Assembly (NCBI GenBank): GCA_020891255.1
Contig: BQFW01000012.1
Coordinates: 1,054,001-1,118,000 of the forward strand
DNA length: 64,000 nt
Direction: 5' to 3'
Source of the DNA: Entomortierella parvispora E1425
Taxonomy: Eukaryota; Fungi; Mortierellomycota
The translations under genes and the position numbers were made by a program. Positions 38,311-48,458 of this stretch are shown here, one piece after another (within the stretch, counting starts at the first letter, position 1; each line of letters begins with the position of its first letter). The notes below the pieces were generated by a model. That model saw nothing but the letters and a program-made list of their open reading frames with translations. It had not been told where the DNA came from and made no database searches.

Positions 38311-39010
38311 CTAGTTTCCGAGATCCTTTTCCAAGAAGTACTTCACTCCCCCTGTTCTTTCCATGACGTTCAACACGCGCTTTCCTTGGTATTCATCTAA
38401 GACATCTTTGTCCGCAGCCTTGTGGAGTCTCTTCATCCTTGTCACATCAAACCTGTCCCGGTTAAAGTTACCAAAGTTACTGTTGCTACTTCCGTGTCCG
38501 CCAGCACGGGTACCCGGTTCCTCAGGCCTGGTACCTTTGCTCACACCAGTAACTCCGATAGACTTCTCCCAGTCCACAGTCTTTTTGCAACGTGGATTCC
38601 AAATCCCTGTTCGGCCGTAGTCCTCGATGCCTTTGATAAACCTGTCCGCCATGATGCTCGCGATCTCTTGGGTCGTGTAGAACAGTGTCTGGAACTTGTC
38701 TTTCAGGAAAAGTGGCGCCAATCCGTGGTAGGCGTCGATGACCGTCCATGGTCGCCATCCGAGTGATCCGAGATCGACCACTTCCTCTCTTTCCATATCG
38801 TCGTCCAATAGGTTTTGTGCCTTGATGTTTCTTGCTCCTCGGAAATAATCCATCAGCATCGTCCAAAAGCTGTCCATAGTCTCGTCCGAAAACGTCGGTT
38901 CCTTCTTCTTGAATTCCCTGCCTTCTTCCTCTGCTTTCTTCTTCTCGCTCTCCCAGCTTTTCTTTGCTCGCTCCCACACACAAGCCAGTAAGCGCTGGTC
39001 GCCAACGTGG
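38311..39010 (-). mobile_element. 5'-truncated non-LTR retrotransposon (LINE-like) ORF2 C-terminal fragment
   Basis: 222-aa open frame containing IWNPRCKKTVDWEKSIG, a pattern I associate with C-termini of Mucoromycota LINE RT proteins. No RT core, poly(A) tail or TSD is visible. Confidence 0.5.
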
Positions 39011-39100
39011 GATTATCTTGGGCCCCGGAGGCACGGCCACGATTTCATCACGTGACTTATCGATTGACTGGTACTTGGATTTCCCAGCTCTCTATACGCC

Positions 39101-39708
39101 TGTCGTGACTCTCGGTATCACGACTGATCCTTAGGGTGTGTCGAGCGTGTTCTTCTACACTGGGCACCACAGTCAGCTACCTTGACTGTAATCGAGATGG
39201 AAGGGCAAAGAAAGGATATGTTTAATAAGATATTCTGTGTGTTACTACTGATAGGGTTCTCAAGAGGGTTACCTGTAATCGAGATGGAAGGGCAAAGAAA
39301 GGATGCCGTTCTAAGTCTCGATACAGAGCTACTTATATACTGAAGGTAGTGAAGTGAGACTATACTGCTGACACTATGGAAATAAATAGTGAAGGGCTTA
39401 TGACTATCCTGGAATAGGGGCCCTAACGTCCGAGGTTTCAAAGAGCTTGGTCGACCGGCGTGGAGACAAGCTTTTGATTGGCAACGGTTGGTAGGTTAAT
39501 GTCGGAGAAACATGAAATGCTCCGTTCGTGAGTATACACGGTTGAGGGTAGTCGACCTGGTGATAGTCAACGACGATGACGCGCGGCACAAGTGCAATGA
39601 GGGCGCGCAACAAGGGTCCATTCATCAGGCGTGTCGGCGGTCAGGTGATCGTAAGTCATGTGATCAGACGCGGAGCTGGCGGGGATAAAAGCAGTCTGAT
39701 TCACGACA
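39101..39708 (-). repeat. 3' LTR (608 bp) containing an internal 32-bp direct repeat (39186-39217, 39273-39304)
   Basis: Starts TGTCGTGA and ends TCACGACA; matches 44636-45243 except C39408 vs T44943. Confidence 0.97.
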
Positions 39709-42700
39709 CTCCCCCCACAGGCTTCAGGCCGTCCTCGGCCTGCCTGCAACTGATTGACTCTGGGTTCGCGAGTACGTTGGCCACGGCGACGAGGCTTCGG
39801 GGCAGAAGCAGCAAGTGCCTGTCTGTACACGCGGGCAGCTTCAGCGGCGGAACCCATCATAGGCGGTTCGTAAGTGCCAAGTTGATCGCGACGGGCAAGG
39901 TAATCTTCATTGGCGGTTCTAAGAGCGAGGGCCTCCTCCACGCGCTGTTCCTCCTCAGTGCGGCTTTCAATTGGAAGACCATCGTCAGAGTTGTCGTTGG
40001 CTTGCTCCATGGTGTGCTTTGTCTTAGTGACCCAAGCACGGCGTGCAGATGCTTCATCTGGCGGATAAGCACGCTTAAGACGGTCTTGGTGTACTAAGTC
40101 CGTCTTCAACTCACCATCTCCCCAGCGGAGCTGATAAGTCGACAAGGGCGTAATACGGATCACTTCCAGCGGGCCATAAAAATGGGGTTGAAGCTTCGTA
40201 CGGCCGAAGTTCTTGACCAGGACAAAATCACCAACTGCGAACTTATGATCGGTGACCGTGTGTGTCTCTTCATGGTGTGCGGCCATATCATCTGCGGCGG
40301 TCTGCTGGGCCTGCAGGTGCTTTTCTCGGAGGGCGTCGATTTCTCGAAAAGTCTTGCGACGATGTTCTGCAAAATCGTCTTGATCTTGAAAATCAAACAA
40401 GAATGGGCGTACTGGATCTTGCGGCAAACGGGGTTCAAGTCCATAAACAAGTTGAAATGGGCTGACCTTGGTTCGCTGAGAGATGTGTACGCGACAAGCG
40501 AACAGACTCTGGTGCAGGTACTGATCCCAGCTGTGGATGTGTGTACCCACATACTTGCTCAACATGTGTCCGATAACACCATTGAGACGCTCACACTTTC
40601 CATTCGACCTTGGATGGTAAGCAGACGTAGCCTTGTGTTTGATGTGCAGCTTCTCCAAATGGCGTTGAAGAACGTCAGACATGAAGTTGGCTCCTCGGTC
40701 GCTAACGATCTCGCTAGGGCAGCCAAACTGTAAGACGATCTCTTCATAGAGAAAAGTAGCAACGGCGTCGGCGGTTGCTTCTGGCAAGGCTCTTGCGATC
40801 GGCCAGTTCGTGGCATGGTCGATTGCAGTAATGATCCAACGGTTTCCCTTCTTGGTGGCTGGCATGCGACCAATAAAATCAATTCCCCAGCGCTCAAACG
40901 GACGTGCTGGCGCCAATGGATGCAACGGTGCAACAGAGCGGTCACCACCGGGCTTGACCAATTGACACGGCTTGCATTCACGTACTACTGCTTTGATATC
41001 TGTTCGAAGACTGGGCCACCACATGCGAGTCTTGGCCAAATCAAACGTTCCAGACTCTCCAAGATGTCCAATGTCGGTGTGCAACTCAATGAGACGATCT
41101 GCGCGCTCTGCAAACGGAACGAAGGGAACTGCTCTTCCTTCAACCATGTAGCGCAATTCGTCGTCATCAGTCGTGAAGTTATGAGCCTCCTTGCGGACTC
41201 TCTTCTTGGTGTCTCCATCGGTATGGGGCGGAAAAGAACCATCATCCAGAAATGCAGGGACAAGCAACGGCCAATCCCAAGTGTCGATGTGACGTCCTGC
41301 TGTCACATTGTTGACTTGCAATCTGGAAAGCGCATCTGCAGCGATGTTGGTGGCTCCTGCCTTATACTGGATCGACAGGTTGTAGGGGGCCAAAAATTCA
41401 ACCCAACGGGTCATTCTCGGGCTCAGGTGTGGCTGGGTCAACAAAAATCGTAGACTTGCATGGTCAGTGTAGACCACGTTTTCGGGGGCGCCAAGAATAA
41501 ACGTGCGCCATGCTCTGCATGCGTGAACAATGGCGAGGAGTTCCTTCTCATGGACCGGGTAGTTCTTCTCGGCTGGCTTAAGTTTTCGTGACTCATAGGC
41601 AACTGGGTGTCTTTTGCCTTCGTGCATCTGATAAAGGACTCCTCCTGTGGCAATGTCGGATGCATCGGTTTCCATATAGTACGGCTCATCGGGGTGTCCA
41701 AGGCACAATACAGGGGTAGTCGCTAGAAGTTCTTTGATTCCATCGAAAGCGGCTTGTTGAACTGGGCCCCAAGTAGGCACGGGTCGCAACTTTCCTTTGT
41801 TTGGGCCTGGACCAGTGGTCAACAAGTCTGTAAGACAAGCAGTGACTTCGGCATGGTGGAAAATATGACGGCGATGGTAGTTCACAAATCCAATGAATGA
41901 ACGAAGCTCTTGTACGTTGGTTGGGGTGGGCCAGTTCTTGACAACTGCGACCTTGGCTGGATCCACTTGAATTCCATCGTAGGATATCACATGTCCGACG
42001 AAGGTGATGCTGGATAATCCAAACGCACATTTGCTCTGCTTGGCATGTAGGTGATGTTTTCGCAGCGTTGAGAGCACTGTTCGGATGTGCTTCAAGTGTT
42101 CTTCGAAAGTCTTGGAGTAGATCAGGATGTCATCGAGGTAGACAACAACGAACTGATCCAACTCTTTACTGAAAATCGTATTCATGAAGGCTTGAAACGA
42201 CGCGGGCGCGTTGGTAAGACCAAAAGCCATGACACAGTATTCGTAGTGTCCATATCGGGTAGAGAACGCTGTCTTGGGTCTGTCCTCTTCTGCAACTTGA
42301 AGTTGATGATATCCCTGCTGGAGATCCAACTTGCTGAAATAACGGGCTCCTCGCATGCGATCGAAAAATTCATCGGTGTGCGGGAGAAAATACTTGTTCT
42401 TGATCGTGACGGCGTTGAGTCCACGATAGTCGATGCACAGTCTCAATGTTCCATCTTTCTTCTTGACGAACAGGACTGGTGCGGCCCACGGCGACGTTGA
42501 GGGCTGGATGTACCCCAACCGTAACAGCTCATCCAACTGTTCTTTGAGAGTCTTGAGCTCGAGGGGTGACATCTTATATATCTTCTTGACCACAGGACTT
42601 GTTACTCCAGTGGGGATTTGGTGATCGAAACCGGGACGGGCTGGTGGCATCTCTGAGAGTGGAGCGAATACATCCTGCTGGTACTCCTTCACTATCTCAT

Positions 42701-43256
42701 CGATTTGAGCTTGCTGTTCTACTGTCAGGTCCGGGTTGGTCATGAGCTCTTCTGCTCGGGTGTGTTCTGGAACGTGGGTTTTCATTAACCAAACGATTCC
42801 TGCTTCTTGTGTATCATCGGCGGCCATGGTGTGTAAGAACCGCTGTGCGTTCGTCTGCACATATGCAAGTTCAGGTACCTGTTCGTTCTGCAGAAGGGTA
42901 CTGGCGGGCTGAGATCTGGCGATGGCTTCGTGTTTTCGGCCATTGACTTGCCAAGTCAATGAGTAGCGATCCCAATTGATTTGAGGTTTATAGCGGAACA
43001 TCCATGGAAGTCCAATGAAAACATCGTGAGCTAGGTCGGGAACAACCGTGGCTGTGAAACGGCAGGTGTGTTCTCCAATAACAACTCGAAGGATGACTTC
43101 GCCTAGTGCCTTAGCACCTAGGTCTCCCTGCATGGGCTGTTCGTACAGGGGTCGGCTCATAGATTCGTTTTTCATCGAGGATGGATTCCGGGGATTCTTC
43201 ACGGATAACTTCGAGGGCACGAGAAGAAATAACGTTGACGTTGGCGCCGTTATCAA
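39567..43256 (-). CDS. Gypsy Pol (C-terminal half of protease, RT, RNase H, integrase; no chromodomain)
   Basis: PWAAPVLFVKKKDG.LRLCIDYRGLN, YLDDILIY, TDASD, ELLAIV, YTDHASL, HHCC zinc finger, WGIDFIG / SDRGANF / NGKCERLN DDE triad and HFYGPLEV (GPY/F). The ORF runs into the 3' LTR. Confidence 0.95.
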   Translation of the reverse strand: MITAPTSTLFLLVPSKLSVKNPRNPSSMKNESMSRPLYEQPMQGDLGAKALGEVILRVVIGEHTCRFTATVVPDLAHDVFIGLPWMFRYKPQINWDRYSLTWQVNGRKHEAIARSQPASTLLQNEQVPELAYVQTNAQRFLHTMAADDTQEAGIVWLMKTHVPEHTRAEELMTNPDLTVEQQAQIDEIVKEYQQDVFAPLSEMPPARPGFDHQIPTGVTSPVVKKIYKMSPLELKTLKEQLDELLRLGYIQPSTSPWAAPVLFVKKKDGTLRLCIDYRGLNAVTIKNKYFLPHTDEFFDRMRGARYFSKLDLQQGYHQLQVAEEDRPKTAFSTRYGHYEYCVMAFGLTNAPASFQAFMNTIFSKELDQFVVVYLDDILIYSKTFEEHLKHIRTVLSTLRKHHLHAKQSKCAFGLSSITFVGHVISYDGIQVDPAKVAVVKNWPTPTNVQELRSFIGFVNYHRRHIFHHAEVTACLTDLLTTGPGPNKGKLRPVPTWGPVQQAAFDGIKELLATTPVLCLGHPDEPYYMETDASDIATGGVLYQMHEGKRHPVAYESRKLKPAEKNYPVHEKELLAIVHACRAWRTFILGAPENVVYTDHASLRFLLTQPHLSPRMTRWVEFLAPYNLSIQYKAGATNIAADALSRLQVNNVTAGRHIDTWDWPLLVPAFLDDGSFPPHTDGDTKKRVRKEAHNFTTDDDELRYMVEGRAVPFVPFAERADRLIELHTDIGHLGESGTFDLAKTRMWWPSLRTDIKAVVRECKPCQLVKPGGDRSVAPLHPLAPARPFERWGIDFIGRMPATKKGNRWIITAIDHATNWPIARALPEATADAVATFLYEEIVLQFGCPSEIVSDRGANFMSDVLQRHLEKLHIKHKATSAYHPRSNGKCERLNGVIGHMLSKYVGTHIHSWDQYLHQSLFACRVHISQRTKVSPFQLVYGLEPRLPQDPVRPFLFDFQDQDDFAEHRRKTFREIDALREKHLQAQQTAADDMAAHHEETHTVTDHKFAVGDFVLVKNFGRTKLQPHFYGPLEVIRITPLSTYQLRWGDGELKTDLVHQDRLKRAYPPDEASARRAWVTKTKHTMEQANDNSDDGLPIESRTEEEQRVEEALALRTANEDYLARRDQLGTYEPPMMGSAAEAARVYRQALAASAPKPRRRGQRTREPRVNQLQAGRGRPEACGGSVVNQTAFIPASSASDHMTYDHLTADTPDEWTLVARPHCTCAARHRR
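39709..39718 (-). other. Polypurine tract
   Basis: Minus strand GTGGGGGGAG directly abuts the 3' LTR TG. Confidence 0.85.
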
Positions 43257-44450
43257 AAAGGGCGTCGAATTGCCAACCGTCGACGTAGAGGGGTACGACC
43301 ATCAATGGGCAAGTTTCGGGCTTGAAATCTTGTGGATCGATATGGGTCATGTTGATGTTCACGTTTGGGCGATTCCTTCGTTGTGGTCGTCCTTGGTTTT
43401 GTCCTCCTTGAGGGCAGTCGCGTTTGTAGTGTCCTCGCTGTCCACAGTTATAACAAGTTTGCGGCTTGGGGCATTCTGCGGCCTTGTGATTGTCTCCGCA
43501 ATTGTGGCACTCGATGTTGAACACATCAACGTCCATATCCATCGAAGATCGACGACCTTGACTTTGATTTTTGGTTTTGGGTGCTGTCTCGTCGATCTGG
43601 AGGGCGTGAAAACGGATGACCAGAGAAACTAACGCGTTTTCCAGTTGAAAAACCAGTAGTGGGGTTTCCAGTAATGTGAGAGGGACGAGGGGGCGGGGCT
43701 GTTGCAGCAGCGTGGTGTTGGAAAAGTCTTGGGGAACCAAAGCGTGATGGAGCAACAAAAGGGCGAGACGGCGGCGTTTGTCTGGCTTGGTTGATTCGGT
43801 TCTGCGCGGATTGGGAAATGATACCAAGGCTTGTGCTCATCTCTGTTCGGATTTCACAGTGTTGGCGGACTTGTTGCCAGGTTTTGACTTGGTGCTCGAT
43901 CAGAAATTTTCGCAAAAATTGTGGACTTCGGGTCTTGAAGACGTGTACTTTTTTCTCCTTCAGATACATTGGTACCAAGAGGCATCAAAGCAAACTGAAA
44001 ACGGTGGAAGAAGGTGTTGGGGGTGTCTGTCTTTTCCCAGACAACACTATCGAGTTCGTTGCGAAGGGTCTCTTCCAAGTCTTCTGAGCTGAACTGACTT
44101 AAAAAGGCGGCTGAGAAAGTGTCCCACGTGGCATTGGTGTGGAGTGAGTTGTAATTCAGGCCCCAGACTCTTGCGTCACCTCGAAGCTTGGCAATCGCGG
44201 CTCTGGGCCATTTCGGTCTAGGAATCTCACTGATGTCTGCAATCAACTCTGTCTGTAGCAACCATGCTCGGGCCTCGTGGTGGGAGCAGGTGCCATTGAA
44301 AGTTTCATGATCCGAGGGCAAAAGGTTCTTTTTGGGACGATCATTGTGGATCACAGGTTCGGGAACGGTGAAGGTGGAGGCGGCGTGATAGCTTGACGTG
44401 TTGGGTTCATCGTCAATATCGTCGTCGAAGTTGTGTTGATGTTGATTCAT
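43111..44450 (-). pseudogene. Gypsy Gag plus N-terminal half of protease, split across frames by +1 shifts
   Basis: Retrotrans_gag motifs (ARAWL..AIAKLRGDARVW..TWDTF), two CCHC knuckles (CHNCGDNHKAAEC, CYNCGQRGHYKRDC) and protease motif LFDNGA. Shifts near 43950, 43570 and 43127. Confidence 0.85.
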
Positions 44451-44486
44451 GATGTAAGGAAGTGGGTAGGGAAGGTGGTCGTCTTG

Positions 44487-44625
44487 AATGGCGTGGCGGT
44501 AGGACTACTACTGTCCTTTGAATGGGCGTGGCGGTAGGACTACTACTGTCCTTTGGATGGGCGTGGCGGTAGGACTGCTACTGTCCTTTGGATGGGCGTG
44601 GCGGTAGGACTGCTACTGTCCTTTG
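44487..44625. repeat. Four tandem 34-35 bp repeats in the retrotransposon 5' leader
   Basis: Unit [A/G]ATGGGCGTGGCGGTAGGACT[A/G]CTACTGTCCTTTG at 44487, 44521, 44556 and 44591. Confidence 0.95.
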
Positions 44626-44631
44626 CTACCA
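44618..44631 (-). other. Primer-binding site, probably tRNA-iMet
   Basis: TGGTAGCAAAGGAC begins 4 nt after the 5' LTR. TGGTAGC is complementary to the GCUACCA 3' end of eukaryotic initiator tRNA. Confidence 0.7.
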
Positions 44632-44635
44632 AATT

Positions 44636-45243
44636 TGTCGTGACTCTCGGTATCACGACTGATCCTTAGGGTGTGTCGAGCGTGTTCTTCTACACTGGGC
44701 ACCACAGTCAGCTACCTTGACTGTAATCGAGATGGAAGGGCAAAGAAAGGATATGTTTAATAAGATATTCTGTGTGTTACTACTGATAGGGTTCTCAAGA
44801 GGGTTACCTGTAATCGAGATGGAAGGGCAAAGAAAGGATGCCGTTCTAAGTCTCGATACAGAGCTACTTATATACTGAAGGTAGTGAAGTGAGACTATAC
44901 TGCTGACACTATGGAAATAAATAGTGAAGGGCTTATGACTATTCTGGAATAGGGGCCCTAACGTCCGAGGTTTCAAAGAGCTTGGTCGACCGGCGTGGAG
45001 ACAAGCTTTTGATTGGCAACGGTTGGTAGGTTAATGTCGGAGAAACATGAAATGCTCCGTTCGTGAGTATACACGGTTGAGGGTAGTCGACCTGGTGATA
45101 GTCAACGACGATGACGCGCGGCACAAGTGCAATGAGGGCGCGCAACAAGGGTCCATTCATCAGGCGTGTCGGCGGTCAGGTGATCGTAAGTCATGTGATC
45201 AGACGCGGAGCTGGCGGGGATAAAAGCAGTCTGATTCACGACA
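44636..45243 (-). repeat. 5' LTR (608 bp)
   Basis: Near-identical to 39101-39708; adjacent to the PBS. Confidence 0.97.
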
Positions 45244-45257
45244 ACACCATTGAAGTG

Positions 45258-45331
45258 GCTTCCGTGGCGCAATTGGTTAGCGCGTCTGACTGTTAATCAG
45301 GAGGTTGGTGGTTCAAGCCCACCCGGGAGCG
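45258..45331 (+). tRNA. tRNA-Asn (GTT)
   Basis: Acceptor stem GCTTCCG/CGGGAGC, D-arm GCGC/GCGC, anticodon loop CT-GTT-AA, T-arm GGTGG-TTCAAGC-CCACC and discriminator G. Confidence 0.97.
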
Positions 45332-45338
45332 TCTACTC

Positions 45339-45344
45339 TTTTTT
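45339..45344 (+). terminator. RNA polymerase III terminator (T6)
   Basis: Six T residues start 8 nt after the tRNA-Asn 3' end. Confidence 0.8.
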
Positions 45345-45362
45345 CTGACTCGCGGCTTGTAA

Positions 45363-45966
45363 CGACATGTTATAGGGGACTTTCCTTTTTGGGCGTCTTA
45401 TCCGTCGACCTTGACATCTCGTATCCACCGACCCTTCTCTTAGTCTCGTCACCATCCCCTCCGCCGACCACTCCGTTTCTTGACCACCGACACTTCCGTA
45501 ACCGCCAACTTGTGAAATTTTGGGAGGGCTCAAACCTACCAAAAGTTGCGAGGTAATTTACTCTCTCCAGACCTTGTGAAAAGTAGATACTATAGATCCC
45601 ATACCAATGTGTCTAGCCATATCTCCCTTGTAGCTTGGCCAACTGAGTCCTTGAAACTTCTGCTGCTGGTGACTGGCTGCTCGAAAGGTCAGCAGTTGGT
45701 GAGAAAGACACCGATCTAGATTTTTTTTTTTTTTGTTAACGTGAATAAAGTACTTTGGTTAGCTCGAGGAATGGGGTCGTCGGCAGATAAGATGAAGACA
45801 AGTCGGCGGATACGGCAGTGGTTAGGTCGGTGGATTAGTGAGCGGTCGGTGGATGAGAGGCAAGAAGGTCGGTGGTTTAGAGAGGGGTCGGTGGTTAATG
45901 GTTGGCGGATACGAGATGTCAAGGTCGACGGATAGGACGCCCAAAAAGGAAAGTCCCTCATGGTCG
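45363..45966. mobile_element. MITE/foldback-like non-coding element with inverted ends and subterminal GGTCGGTGG-type repeats
   Basis: 45376-45426 is the reverse complement of 45907-45957 (50/51 identical). Several CC[A/G]CCGACC / GGTCGG[T/C]GG motifs lie inside both ends. No clean TSD found. Confidence 0.55.
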
Positions 45967-46529
45967 GCGGATAGCTAACCAACAACTCAGTCGTTGGTTA
46001 GATTATTCGGATTTTGAAGAGGTAAATACTTTCAACCAGTTCAGTTTACTATCACAGTTAAGTAATAAATTTTTTGATGACCACTAGTTTTTGTGAGAGG
46101 AGTGGGGAGTGGTTGGAAAGAATCCGCCTGCCATGAGGGGCTACACTTCTTTTGGGGGTCTTGTTTCGACTTATTCAATCTACGTGAACAGCTAAAGGAT
46201 GTCAAGGTCGGCAGATAAGAGACCGGTTTCCCTTGATCGTTGGTTACAGTTTTCACTTTTTGATTATTTTTTGCAGCTTATCTCCGTCAACTCCGGGGTT
46301 GACATACTATGACCCTTTCCACCCCATACGGCAGAGTCAGGGGTAATCTCGTTGGGGTGGGTCGACATCGTGCCTTCCCCCTCCCCGTGCATTACAGCCT
46401 CTGTTTGTGCCAACTTTCTGGTGGAAAATGAAGAATTGTGCGGCTTCGAACAGAAGTAGAAAACACTCAGCTCCACGGAGCAGGTTCATCCTTAATATTT
46501 ATTATTTTTTCACATTTTTTTCACAAATC

Positions 46530-48458
46530 CTACAAAATACCACTGTCTTTAAGTGCATTTTGGAGGATGGTTTCCTTGACAGCCGCAAATACAAGACGAA
46601 TCTAGCGTACGGAATGAACGGACAATATATTAGTGCTTCTTTTGGCGGCTAGACATTTTTTTTTAAAAAAAAAACCTACGTTGAGAGTGTCGGTTGCCTG
46701 TGTCATGCTAAGTAATGAAATAAAGTGTGAGCGAGATCATCATCACCTAGATTGAAGCGATTGACTAAAAAATTGCCTTGAAGGATATCAAAACAAGAAA
46801 TCAGGAAACTTACTGGGGGTATATTTGAAGACGCGCTCGGTTGGTCTGTGTGAACCGCCATAGTATGTATTTGGCAGCCTTGGCAATATCGGGTCCTCCT
46901 ACATGCAGTACAGTTAATATTAACAGAAATCCTTAACTCTGTCATTCTAAGACCTGTTCCCAAAGATTGGTTACCAGTATAATCCGAAAAGAATTTTTCA
47001 AGTGGCACCTTCGGAAGTTTAGCTGCAAAGAGATCAATCTTGTTCATAAAGAGAATGATGGATGTCCTTAAGAACCATCGACTATTGATAACAGACTCGA
47101 ACAAAACCAGACTTTCAGCCATCCGGTTCTACTCGAAATTACAAAAATGAAAATTCATATTAGTGAGTTGCTGAATTGGTCGCTCTGTCACATTTGGAGC
47201 TTCTAGCAAGAGACGATTTGCGACAGGCATCTCTTATTCGACTGCCATGTACCTGGCCTGACTCCTCGAGGAGAACTTGATCATACTCGCTCAGCGCCAC
47301 ACAGAAAATGATGGAGGTCACGGCTTCGAAACAATGTATCCATTTCTTCCGCTCTGACCGCTGACCTCCGACATCGAACATACTAATTGATAAGATTGGT
47401 CCAAGAAAATAACAGAACTAGTCAGTCGTATGAGCTATTTCCAGAGCCTGAAAGCCTCTATCCAGCAACTGTACGTACTGTATACTGAGCTGGCCCATGT
47501 TGAACCTCGTCTCTGATATTCCGGTAGTTTTGGATCGCGCCCTCAAGACATCCTGTACGCTAGGAGTATAATCATCAGCTCCTATCCTGCGAACTTGACT
47601 AAAAAAGCTGGAAATAGAAAAGAGATGCGTGTCAGGGAGTCAATTCGTTAGCCTTAGCTTCTCTCGGGTCCACACCAAGAAGAAACGACGTGACAGTTGG
47701 AAGAGTGATCCTGCACTTACTAAGGTGCCGAATCCATGATATAAAATTCGCTGGATCGATCCATTGAGATGGAGGTGATGGGATCGTGGTAAAGAGAGTC
47801 GACTGCGTTTACGATATCAGGACTCAGGGTGAAATAAGGATCTGCATCGACTCTGTAGTCCAAAATACGATCAGCCATGGCTCTATTCTCCGGCTTGATC
47901 GGTTCCAGTCGTAGTTTCTCCATGGCCAGCACAAGCGATTGAGCCGAGTCGACTAGGTTCTTGTAGATCGTTAGTCGGTAAGTGGCCAGCTCGTCACGAC
48001 TATAGCCACCCTGGTGAATCACTTTCATCTGCTTGACTATTGTCGATTTTCCAGACTCGCCACTTCCTGGAAGATATAAAGAGAACAGAGAAGATTTCTC
48101 ATTGTTGGTCAGCTCTCAAAGTTCATGACCTGGATATGAGACTAATTATTCCCTTTCCCCCTCTTGAAAAAGGGAGTGGAAACGGTCGAGCTCGTGGTGG
48201 TTCGTGTACTCATGATTGAGTCGTCCGAAAGGTCATGGAACTTCGGAGCAAAAGCAGTAATCAGAGCAATGGATGAGAGAGGAAAGACAACACATCATAC
48301 TCTTTCCAGAAAAGCAGGCAAGATATCCACAAACACATACCAAGCAATAAGATCTTGCACTCTTTCTTCAGCCGCTTGTTGTCCTCCTCCAAACCACGGT
48401 CAATCGTCTGACTGATTTCCTTTTGTTCCTTTTCCTCTGCAGATAGACATAGACCCAT
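46530..48458 (-). CDS. Heterotrimeric G-protein alpha subunit (fungal group III, cAMP-type)
   Basis: MGLCLS (myristoylation/palmitoylation), KECKILLLG|[39 protein letters not shown] and C-terminus [15 protein letters not shown]. Confidence 0.95.

Larger units (their letters stand above)
39101..45243 (-). mobile_element. Full-length Ty3/Gypsy LTR retrotransposon (6143 bp), recently inserted
   Basis: Two 608-bp TG..CA LTRs differing at one position, PBS, PPT, domain order gag-PR-RT-RH-IN, and 5-bp flanks ACGCC / ACACC. Confidence 0.97.

Noticed and set aside
39118-39625. ORFs inside the LTR (also at 44653-45296)
   Set aside because: They appear twice only because the LTR is duplicated; no domain signal.
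44487-44625. CRISPR-like array
   Set aside because: Units are contiguous with no unique spacers, lie in a eukaryotic retrotransposon leader, and there are no cas genes.
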